Assembly (NCBI GenBank): GCA_905330235.1
Contig: CAJNUA010000350.1
Location: forward strand, 73,968-92,108
Source of the DNA: Rotaria sp.
Lineage: Eukaryota
Reading direction: 5' to 3'
DNA length: 18,141 nt
Shown here: one piece after another, positions 9,835 to 17,810 of the stretch
Numbering within the stretch: the first letter of the stretch is position 1
Layout of the letters: each line of letters begins with the position of its first letter
Program-made: the position numbers and the translations under genes
The notes under the pieces: generated by a model
The model's input: the letters and a program-made list of their open reading frames with translations, nothing else
Database searches by the model: none
Told to the model about the DNA's origin: nothing

Positions 9835-10100
9835 GGTGTAGGTGTAAAAGGAGAGAAGATTCGCGCCCACAGATCTTGGTAGACGTTTTCCAGGGACTAT
9901 CACAGGCTGTATATCCATAACAGCTTGTTACAATGTACTGACTATTTCTTCATTGTATTTCTGGACGATTGAAGTAAAAGAAGGGCGAAGAAATTCGTGT
10001 CAAGATACATGAAATAAAACAATCACTGTGTGATTAGCAGCAATAGCTATGTCGTGTTTCATATTTTAATGTCACAAGGATCGCGTTAGCAGCTTTTCTA
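9835..10100. repeat. Dispersed repeat copy B, diverged at ~70-80% identity from the element in MVP intron 4.
   Basis: Three blocks match by eye. 10027-10062 gtgattagcagcaatagctatgtcgtgtttca matches 7571-7602 gtgattatcaatagcagttgcatcgtgtttca. Flanking cgcgttagcagcttttc matches cgctaacagctcttttt. The left gtaaaaggagagaagattcgcgcccacag matches ctaaaaggag...gactccgcacag. Confidence 0.4.
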
Positions 10101-11765
10101 GTGGTCCCAAACCTAGTCCATTATTTAGTCGGCGATCAGCTCCTTTTTTTGAGTTATCTCTTTTGAATTATGTTCTGATGGATCTGATTGATAATGTCAC
10201 TCGCTTAAAACTATAGAATATTTAGATGTAATCTTTAATTTCGGTTGGGACAATTTTTTTGTCGTAGAGTGCGGATGTGTTTATAGAAGAATGAAAAAAG
10301 CATAAATACAGAAAGATAATTGAAAAAAAAGAACACAATGACGAAAATTTATTCATTTGCTCTCATACATATTTATATTATCATGATGAAAATCTGCAAT
10401 GACGAAAATCATGGCCATTGGATATTACTATGTAAAGTGGGTTCGCAAGGCTCATTGCACTCAATTTGATACTTATTCTTATGCTTTTTCATCAAGAAAC
10501 TCATAAAACCATGACATAATATTCAATGAGCAGAAGTAAACTCGAATCACTTTTCGTTACAGGTTTTGTAAGGTTTTGATAAGAGCTAGAGAATATTCTA
10601 GCATATTCTAAATCGTTTGTAGAAGTAAATATTGATATTTTGTTTTCGTCTTCTATAAAAACACTTTTTCATTTCTGTTCAAGAACTGAATGTTAAGTTG
10701 TATTTTGCAGCTTCTCAGAATATTTCTTTCTTTCTATGCTACGAGGGGATTGTATGAAAACATATTATTTTAAAGTACTGACAGTTTATGGCGGTAGTTT
10801 GCTAGACTACACTCAAGAAAACGATTTTCGTACTCATGTACGAAACCTTTCGGGTTGGTTACAATTCTCACAACCCTTTCTAAATTCTGAATTGCAACGT
10901 ATTTTTTTCAGTGCGCTACTTTTACGATTCAACCGATTGTTCTTTTTCCTACCTACAGCGCTACACACACAATCACTACTTTTGGACGCGTCCGTATTCC
11001 GAGAATTCTGAGCTCTTGTGAATTTAAGACGATAAAGATTAATAGAAAATAAGCGGTTACCAACCACAGCTCAGCAAAATTCCAGGAACTCGCGAACCTC
11101 TTTAAACTTTTAGATTTTCAAGAACTCAGCTATTCTCAAGGTGCAAGTATGTTATATTAATGTTTACACGCAAATTTTTGAGAATTTTTATCGATTTTCT
11201 ATCACAGGGATACAAACTACTCAGTTTTTCAATATATATATTTCTTGTGATCGCTATTCATTCAGAAAACACTTTGTTGACTGTAATTAAGTATGCATAT
11301 GTTTAATGCACTCATTTTTGAGTCGATAAGATACCACGGATTAGAGACGAATACTTTTCTTTTTATTTAATCAAGCGAATAGGAGCATCAGTAAAATATG
11401 CGTAAGCACACATACACTTACTCTCCCAAATGAAAACCAGTCATAGTATAAATGAAACTGACACCCTTTTTACCGGTGGATGATTTTTTTTTTACCAGCT
11501 TGATGTATCGAATATTCGTTTTTGCGATGGTAATGCTTGGAACGACTGCTGGTGATACAGGTTAGATATCAACATTAAGTCATAGAAAATACTCAGTTCA
11601 AATAGAGTTTCATTGCTATTATGGAAGAAGATTTTGAGAATTTTAATGCATTGAAATATTCCATCAGAGAGAGAGAGCAGAAAATGTTTTCGAAATGAAA
11701 CTAGTCCTAATTAGTTCTGTTTTTTTCCTCTTAAATTGTTAGTGGTCGACTTGACCGATTGCAAA

Positions 11766-11951
11766 ATGACACATGCTCACGCTCTTGAACAAGTCGTGCT
11801 CATGGGTATACGAATGCCATCGACTAGTGGATGTGGCACGAGCACTGAAACGGCATGCGTTTCCCTCGAACAGATAAATTGTGATTCTATTGGATGTTTG
11901 ATAGAACTCAAAGTAGCATCTCAATGTGATATTCTTGTTACGACTGGCACG
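11766..11951 (+). CDS. Hypothetical protein, exon 1. ATG at 11766; donor GTAAGA at 11952.
   Basis: The ORF is open and its codon usage is rich in C/G-ending codons (GTC GTG CTC ACG AGC TGC), unlike MVP and AHCY. It translates to MTHAHALEQVVLMGIRMPSTSGCGTSTETACVSLEQINCDSIGCLIELKVASQCDILVTTGT. I recognise no homolog. Confidence 0.3.
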
Positions 11952-12003
11952 GTAAGAAAATATTTTGTTCATTTATATTTGAATTATCTTGAAATTAAAA
12001 AAG

Positions 12004-12213
12004 GAAACGAACAACGAAAACGGTTACAAAATCGGTATCGCACTTGATAGTTGCATCGACACTTATATTAGCAGCAAGTTTGAATATGTCACGACTTTTA
12101 CCAACGGAACGATACAATATAAGGCAACTAATGGAAACACTTTTACTAAGGAATCTAATCATTGGGATATTAGATCGATAAACTACTGTGTTAGTTCTAC
12201 ATTCTTGCACTGA
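12004..12213 (+). CDS. Hypothetical protein, exon 2. Acceptor AAAAAG at 12003; TGA stop at 12211-12213. The intron is 52 nt and phase 0.
   Basis: The frame is continuous with exon 1 across a GT-AG intron of typical size. It translates to ETNNENGYKIGIALDSCIDTYISSKFEYVTTFTNGTIQYKATNGNTFTKESNHWDIRSINYCVSSTFLH. The two exons total 131 aa. Confidence 0.3.
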   Translation, partial: ETNNENGYKIGIALDSCIDTYISSKFEYVTTFTNGTIQYKATNGNTFTKESNHWDIRSINYCVSSTFLH

Positions 12214-12636
12214 TCCAATTTTTTTGCAAGGATTCATCGAATAAGATGAATAAAAAATAAGTGACATCATTATATTTTGCAATATCCTAGCAGACAGCTA
12301 TACATTTTTTTGAAGACAAGCCCATAACTACACTCATCAAGCACGATGATTCTGAATATAAATCTCTAGATTGACAGGTCGATTACATCGTCGCTATTCT
12401 GGAAAATGGTCGAACATCATAATTGAGACTCTGGTTTCATAACTAACACACAGTACACTTGTTTCCTCAAGTATTATCTTGACCTCGCTTATAGCCAAAT
12501 ACTAGATCGACCTGATTATTCTGCAGCATTATTATTCGAATGGTTCTTGTTCATCGATATAGAAAAAACGGTTTTGATCGAAAGAAGATCATTTGATATG
12601 AAGACATGTATAAAATCATTTGCAACTCGATTTCTC

Positions 12637-12718
12637 GGGCGGGTATGGATATGAGTTTTTAGTTCAACCACACTTACTCTCACATCTATACTAACACACA
12701 CACACACTCATACCCTGC
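12637..12718. repeat. Degenerate telomere-like inverted mini-pair. The G-block gggcgggtatggatatgag and the C-block ccacacttactctcacatctatactaacacacacacacactcataccctgc are separated by ~9 bp.
   Basis: The G-block and the reverse complement of the C-block (gcagggtatgagtgtgtg...) are mutually similar, so the pair is hairpin-capable. Confidence 0.6.
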
Positions 12719-12780
12719 TTTTCTTCTCACTCCATTCCCCATGATATGAGCATTTTCACTTCTTTCGAGCGATTCTCACC

Positions 12781-12990
12781 ATGTATTTTCTTGGAGTCAT
12801 TCTTTTCCTATCAGTTATGACTGTTCTTGTCAACGTTGAAATTTATCAATATTCACTGTTATATCCTCAATTTTCGTGTGCATTCATTCGTAATACATCG
12901 CTATTGAGTGATAAATCCATTCAAACATGTATTTGGAAGTGTGTTCATGAACATGATTGTCAAACAACAGTATATATCAATCATCAATAG
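12781..12990 (+). CDS. Possible small secreted Cys-containing ORF of 69 aa, with a signal-peptide-like N-terminus.
   Basis: The translation MYFLGVILFLSVMTVLVNV has a hydrophobic leader, followed by CAFIRNTSLLSDKSIQTCIWKCVHEHDCQTT. I recognise no homolog. Downstream it runs into a telomere-like patch, so it may be spurious. Confidence 0.15.
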   Translation: MYFLGVILFLSVMTVLVNVEIYQYSLLYPQFSCAFIRNTSLLSDKSIQTCIWKCVHEHDCQTTVYINHQ

Positions 12991-13050
12991 ATTTGCTCGG
13001 TGTTTGCAGTGTTGCACTCTTCAAGGACAAACGATATGGTGTCGAAAGTT

Positions 13051-13148
13051 GGGCATGGGTGTGAGTGTGTGTGGCTGTGACTGTGGATTTGGCTGGGATG
13101 TGGGACTTGGTGTAGTGAAAAAATACTTCCACACCCTCACCCTCACCC
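13051..13148. repeat. Degenerate telomere-like inverted mini-pair. The G-block is gggcatgggtgtgagtgtgtgtggctgtgactgtggatttggctgggatgtgggacttggtgtag, the loop is tgaaaaaatacttc, and the C-block is cacaccctcaccctcaccc.
   Basis: TGTGGG and TGTGAG variants are followed by CCCTCA and CCCACA units. Confidence 0.6.
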
Positions 13149-13280
13149 TTTATTTTAATTTTAGCGCTGAACAGATAGCATTTTTGGTTCAACATTGAAC
13201 TGAAATAAAAATTTGTCTATCATTTAACGAAACTTAGTTTTATTACAACGTTGAACGCAATTTCGTTCTAGTTTATCGTT

Positions 13281-13427
13281 GGGTGTGGGTGTGAATCCAG
13301 GAGTTTGCGTTGTTTCATGCGTCACTGTTTTGTTTTCCAGTTATTTTCGAGCGTGGGTGAGTGGAGACTCGAAATAAATACTCTTCTTGCACGAACTTAA
13401 TTTTTCACCCACACTCATACTCACACG
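13281..13427. repeat. Degenerate telomere-like inverted patch. The G-blocks gggtgtgggtgtga and gcgtgggtgagtggag are followed by the C-block cacccacactcatactcacacg.
   Basis: It has the same G-then-C polarity as the other patches. The reverse complement of the C-block, gtgtgagtatgagtgtgggtg, shares the GAGTATG core. Confidence 0.55.
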
Positions 13428-13801
13428 ATACAGTTACGTTTCCTTTTTCCTGAAAAACTGAAAACGACGTTGTCACCTATTCATTGTAATTTCACATCAC
13501 TCCAACATTGATCGCACTATATTTCCATTGTATTCTGTGAACTACGACAATACTCGGAGTACGAAAATATATCTTTTCTCCCATTTCTTTAAACTGATAC
13601 AGGCGTTGGAATATGAAAATCGAATATTTTCGTATGTAGTGAATAGTTCAAAGAATTTTTTTTTGAAATTTCTTCTGCGACATACATTGGTAGAGCATGT
13701 TCAGATAAAAGAAAAGATTGGGCATACATAGCTCATTTTTTTCCTTTAGAATAAATAATAAAAATATCTTCGATAAAACTCATTACAAGAACAAATCTAT
13801 T

Positions 13802-14091
13802 TCATTGAATTTGGAGTATCTTTACTGTGAAGAAAATGACAATGGTCAGCCATAGATAGATTGAATTAGATAATTTTGTTGATGAGTTTTGAATGCCAAT
13901 AAAACTTGCATTCCAAATATCTTGTTTTGGTATAGCTTCACTATCTCCTGGCCATGATGGCATTGCAATTGCTACGGCTACGAGAGGTTTGCGTTCTATA
14001 GTTCGAAATTGAAATTGTGTACCAACTGGTATAGTAATGCAAATATCAGCGTCAACTGTTAAATTTCTTCTTTCTCTTTTTGTTTTCGTCA
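13802..14091 (-). CDS. Cupin/ARD-like gene, 3' part, in the +1 frame relative to exon d. It carries cupin motif 2 and a hydrophobic C-terminal tail.
   Basis: The translation TKTKRERRNLTVDADICITIPVGTQFQFRTIERKPLVAVAIAMPSWPGD matches ARD GDMVTLPAGIYHRFT...RLFVGEPVWTAYNRP. The spacing to motif 1 is correct only if the two frames are joined, so either this is a pseudogene or the homopolymer run is miscalled. Confidence 0.4.
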
Positions 14092-14191
14092 AAATTCTCC
14101 TTTATCCGATAGAAAATCCCATATTTCGTAAACAGTTCGATGCTGCACAGCATTCGATATCATACCAGAAGAAAGATCAAACTGTACCATA
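14092..14191 (-). CDS. Cupin/ARD-like gene, exon d, carrying cupin motif 1. Acceptor GGTAG. The frame then hits TGA at 14089-14091 unless one base is added in the A-run 14091-14094 (plus strand).
   Basis: The translation (T)MVQFDLSSGMISNAVQHRTVYEIWDFLSDKGEF matches the ARD/cupin motif H..(D/E)EIRY.L.G.GYF (human [20 protein letters not shown]). Confidence 0.4.
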
Positions 14192-14267
14192 CTACCAGCC
14201 ATTGTTGTTAATAAATTACGAACTAATGAACCGTCAGGTGCAACGATATCAGGATCAATAGGTAAAC

Positions 14268-14360
14268 GTTTGATTTGAAATAGAGAAACAAATTATGTTT
14301 GATTGGTAAATAGTGTAGATAATGTCATTTCCGTCGCAGTGACCATTGTAGAGGATGAAC
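14268..14360 (-). CDS. Cupin/ARD-like gene, exon c. Acceptor CTTTTAG; weak donor GTTTAC.
   Basis: The translation (W)FILYNGHCDGNDIIYTIYQSNIICFSISNQT contains NDIIYTIY, which resembles WMDIITICKD of animal ARD. An alternative reading has no intron here and needs an extra frame correction. Confidence 0.3.
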
Positions 14361-14548
14361 CTAAAAGAGTATGAACAAAATAGATAAGATATCATTGAAA
14401 TATGTTCTACAAAGAACAGAAAGAGATATTTACCAAGCTTCTCCAGTATTGTGTTAATATGATCATGAGTAATTATTTTATGAACTGAAAAAGTGAAAGC
14501 ATATATACCGTCATATGCTATCGATTTTTACTTAATTGTAAAACTTAC

Positions 14549-14685
14549 CAGTTTGGTTTTCTATAGTGATTGGCTATAGTAGATGTGAATTTAATCAATT
14601 GACCATTGCTGGTTTTTTCTAATGGTCTCTGATCAGTGAACTGTATGGTACACAAAGCATTCAAAATAATAATATTGATTAACAT
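14549..14685 (-). CDS. Cupin / acireductone-dioxygenase (ARD)-like gene, exon a. Putative ATG at 14685; donor GTAAGT read on the minus strand at 14548.
   Basis: The minus-strand ORF MLINIIILNALCTIQFTDQRPLEKTSNGQLIKFTSTIANHYRKPN(W) is open from an in-frame TAG to a consensus GTAAGT donor. It is tentatively the N-terminal part of the ARD-like protein. Confidence 0.3.
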
Positions 14686-14960
14686 TGTAAACTATTGTCT
14701 TTGATGATAGAAATGTAATTTCCAATCTATATCATACACGATAGTCTGAAAAAAAACACAGAGATAATAGTTATTCATGAAATTGAACAATAATTAGAGT
14801 TGTATGATATAAAATAAGAAACTTTCTTTTAAATTTAAAAATATGCCTTTAAAACAAAATATACTACATAAAGAGATCGACTATAGAATTGTGGTCAACA
14901 CAGCTTCTGTCAAGAAAAGTCTTTGACGAAACTACTTAGTTTGTCTATATGAACCGATCA

Positions 14961-15092
14961 TCAATAACGATAATATTCGGGTTTGAATGGACCTTCTGGA
15001 TGTAAACCTAAATATGCTGCTTGTGTTTGTGTCAATTTTTCTAATTTGACGCCTAAATAATCCAAATGTGCCAAGGCCACTTCTTCATCCAA
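14961..15092 (-). CDS. AHCY: Adenosylhomocysteinase (S-adenosyl-L-homocysteine hydrolase), exon 7 of 7, terminal. TGA stop at 14961-14963 on the minus strand.
   Basis: The translation [43 protein letters not shown] matches the AHCY C-terminus ([43 protein letters not shown]). Confidence 0.85.
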   Translation of the reverse strand: MDEEVALAHLDYLGVKLEKLTQTQAAYLGLHPEGPFKPEYYRY

Positions 15093-15196
15093 CTAGAAAA
15101 AAAATACAAAAAATATTGTCCAAGATGAAATTCCATTTCAAGTGTTTTCGCTCTTAATGAGGTATTCCAAGAGATTTTTAATTAGACAGCACTTAC

Positions 15197-15321
15197 AGTT
15201 TTTGAAAGGGTATGAATTCCAATTGGATATTGTCCTTTTCTTGTAAATAATTCGATTTGTGCCAAAATTTGATTTGAAAATGAGATACTCATAACAAAAC
15301 TTGGATTACCATGTGCACAAG
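15197..15321 (-). CDS. AHCY: AHCY exon 6.
   Basis: The translation (S)[41 protein letters not shown] matches [42 protein letters not shown]. It is flanked by TTTAAG and GTAAGT. Confidence 0.8.
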
Positions 15322-15378
15322 CTTAAATTACACAAAAATCAAAATATTTTATGAGTATTTTTTAAGAGTAGTACTTAC

Positions 15379-15448
15379 AAAGATTGATTACACGACCATC
15401 AGCCGGTAAAATAACAGCACGACCACTTGGCAAATGATAAATATCAAG
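15379..15448 (-). CDS. AHCY: AHCY exon 5.
   Basis: The translation LDIYHLPSGRAVILPADGRVINL matches [23 protein letters not shown]. It is flanked by TTCTAG and GTAAGT. The exact exon 5/6 junction phase carries slight uncertainty. Confidence 0.75.
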
Positions 15449-15498
15449 CTAGAATAATACAAGTAGACAACGAATAAATGTGACTGAATGAAACATAC

Positions 15499-15704
15499 GT
15501 GCGGTTTAACATTTTCAATTTTGAGTGTGTTCGCTTTTAACCATACAACGTCAATTTCAGTTTGACCAGAACCGATATTGCATAGAAGAGCCATATCACG
15601 CATTTCCATCATATGTTCACCACGAATTAATTCAGTTGAACCAGTAGCTGAGATAAATATTTGACCAATTTTACATGCTTCAGCCATCGTTGTCACATGA
15701 TAAC
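15499..15704 (-). CDS. AHCY: AHCY exon 4.
   Basis: The translation (G)YHVTTMAEACKIGQIFISATGSTELIRGEHMMEMRDMALLCNIGSGQTEIDVVWLKANTLKIENVKPH matches [69 protein letters not shown]. Acceptor TTCTAG; donor GTATGT. Confidence 0.85.
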
Positions 15705-15751
15705 CTAGAACAAGGCATCAGCACTCATTAGAACTCACAATTATAACTTAC

Positions 15752-16172
15752 CATCCATTACTACCTGTAAGGCACAAATCGGATCGATCTCAGTAACAAT
15801 GATTCGCGCACCAAATGAACTCAAGGTTTTTGCACAGCCTTTCCCTACATTACCATAGCCTACCATTACTGCTACTTTTCCCCCAATCATGATATCTGTC
15901 ACCTGTTTAATACCATCAATAACACTTTCACCGCATCCATAATTATTATCAAATTTTGATTTTGTTACACTATCATTGACATTTATGACGGGAATTTTTA
16001 ATTTGTTATCATTGAACAATTTACGTAATTTTGTTATGCCAGCTGTTGTTTCTTCACTAATACCATGTATGTAAGTTGTCAAATGTGAATATTTTCCATG
16101 AATGATTCGTGCTAAACAATAACAATCATCTAAAATGGCATTCAATGGCTGCCCGTCCGGAAAATAGATTGT
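15752..16172 (-). CDS. AHCY: AHCY exon 3, containing the NAD-binding domain.
   Basis: The translation [16 protein letters not shown]...[105 protein letters not shown] matches AHCY ([79 protein letters not shown]). Acceptor CTTTTAG; donor GTAAGT. Confidence 0.9.
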
Positions 16173-16396
16173 CTAAAAGAATAGACTGATGTCATAAATA
16201 ATATGCATTAAAAACACAGTGTGGCCAAATAGTCAAACAGTATTCTTTCAAAAAACAAGAAGAGTTCCATGAAGATGATAGGAACGTTTTATTCTAAGAA
16301 CTGTCCAATTAGTTTTGTGTACTTACGATCGGCGTCTATGCTCAAGTTCGAAACTCTTATTTTGTTATGCACAAGAATTATAGGCGCAGTACATGA

Positions 16397-16425
16397 GGTG
16401 ATGAAAGTGTGAGTATGTCTGGTGG
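16397..16425. repeat. Short degenerate telomere-like patch (gtgatgaaagtgtgagtatgtctggtgg) inside the 594-nt AHCY intron 2.
   Basis: It has the same GTGTGAGTATG core as the other patches and lies in the only long AHCY intron. Confidence 0.4.
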
Positions 16426-16766
16426 TACACAGATGCAGACACTTCTTTGAATGAAACTTTGCCGTTATATTCAAAAATTGTTATTCCTCATTTGAAGCAA
16501 TCATTGCTGAGTAATAACAATGAACTGAGCAGTGAAACATTTTCCTTCAAATTATGGAAACCGTAGCCTTCTATATATTGTTTCGATATGAAGTTATTCG
16601 TAATCGAATACAATTCAATGACTTTGGTGCTACCTTGAGTAACATCAAGGATCAAATTGTGAATACGCTATACGACTTTTCTGACTTCATTCTTCTTCGA
16701 ATGACGCATTTGTTTGTCGATATTTAAAAATTCATAGGCAAATAAAAGAAAATCTTTCTTGCTTAC

Positions 16767-16895
16767 TTGATCTATACACCATAGTTTTTCTTCTTCAGTT
16801 TCATCCTTCCATGCATAAATAGATATACCAGCTTTAACTAGTGCAGCTGCCACATGATCTTGGGTTGATAGTGGATTAGAACTACTCCATTGAAC
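16767..16895 (-). CDS. AHCY: AHCY exon 2.
   Basis: The translation [43 protein letters not shown] matches [43 protein letters not shown]. Acceptor CTTACAG; donor GTAAGC. It is followed by the 594-nt intron 2. Confidence 0.9.
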
Positions 16896-16955
16896 CTGTA
16901 AGACAATACATATATGTCAAGAGTCTAAAAATAGTGAGATAACGAGATGACTTAC

Positions 16956-17231
16956 TTGTGCACCCAATTCACGAAATGTTTCGATCATTACTCCAGTTTG
17001 TGCTGTCAGATGTAAACATCCAGCAAGACGAACACCTTTCAATGGTTTCTTAGAACTATACATTTTTCTCAATTTCATCACTCCTGGCATTTCAGCTTCA
17101 GCCATTGACAATGCTTTCTGTCCCAAATCGGCCAGACTGATATCAGCAATTCGATAGGGTAGCTTTTCAATACCGCCATCGTATAATGGCGATTTTTGTT
17201 GTTGGCTTTGTTCATCTTCAAAACAATTCAT
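16956..17231 (-). CDS. AHCY: AHCY exon 1. ATG at 17231 on the minus strand; donor GTAAGT.
   Basis: The translation MNCFEDEQSQQQKSPLYDGGIEKLPYRIADISLADLGQKALSMAEAEMPGVMKLRKMYSSKKPLKGVRLAGCLHLTAQTGVMIETFRELGAQ matches [71 protein letters not shown]. An in-frame TAA lies upstream, so the ~21-aa N-terminal extension is read from the first ATG. Confidence 0.85.
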
Positions 17232-17271
17232 TGGTTTATATGCGTATGAGAAAAAGCAGAAACAGACTAAA

Positions 17272-17279
17272 TTTTATAC
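17272..17279 (-). promoter_or_regulatory. AHCY: TATA box, read TATAAAA on the minus strand, ~45 bp upstream of the AHCY ATG.
   Basis: The minus-strand sequence ggagagtataaaatttag sits at a distance that mirrors the MVP promoter. Confidence 0.5.
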
Positions 17280-17486
17280 TCTCCTAATGATACGCTATAA
17301 AAACATGCGGTAAAATGAACTATTTAATATTAGCTTTTCAAATCATTTCAACTTATCTAAACTCTGTTATTGGACTATGGAATGGAGAGACATATGTCTT
17401 TCATCTATGTCACGAAAAGCGCTTGAAAACTATCGATTCATCAGGGTGATAAAAATAGATTATGTGAAACCAATAAGAACTCCTTA

Positions 17487-17810
17487 TTAGTTCTCTGCAG
17501 AAATCACATGTTTTGCAGTGCAGGACTCTTCGTTCGATAGACAGCTAACATTTTCTTGCACGAAAAAAAAACTTTTTTTTTCAGCAGACGTACCGAAATT
17601 GTGCTCACTGAATTGTCGACGAAGATTTTTTGCTTCCGTCGGAGTTAATACTGGCGGTGTTGTGGGATTTTCTGATTCGTCATGATGTTGAACATGCTCC
17701 AAATGTATATCGAGTTTTCGTTTCTGAACCTTTTTTTCTCGTTTTTCTAGCAGAACAATACAATAACTTTTTATAACAAAGAAATCAGAGTAGTAAACTT
17801 CTTACTTTAG
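17487..17810 (-). CDS. Partial terminal coding exon of an unidentified minus-strand gene whose 5' exons lie beyond the right edge. TAA stop at 17487-17489.
   Basis: The open frame extends upstream of the track ORF without a stop: ...KSYCIVLLEKREKKVQKRKLDIHLEHVQHHDESENPTTPPVLTPTEAKNLRRQFSEHNFGTSAEKKSFFFVQENVSCLSNEESCTAKHVISAEN*. The translation is charged and low in complexity, like a disordered tail. Its 5' boundary and splice are unresolved. Confidence 0.3.

Noticed and set aside
11160-11190. A U6 snRNA-like 11-mer (acacgcaaatt) and an Sm-site-like AATTTTTGA.
   Set aside because: Only 11 nt match. None of the U6 5' stem-loop, ACAGAGA box or 3' terminator context is present.
14361-14548. A candidate cupin exon b (~14461-14511, HKIITHDHINTILEKL).
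   Set aside because: It cannot be joined in phase to either flanking exon with GT-AG sites. The a->c splice gives a consistent frame and an ARD-like NDIIYTIY segment.
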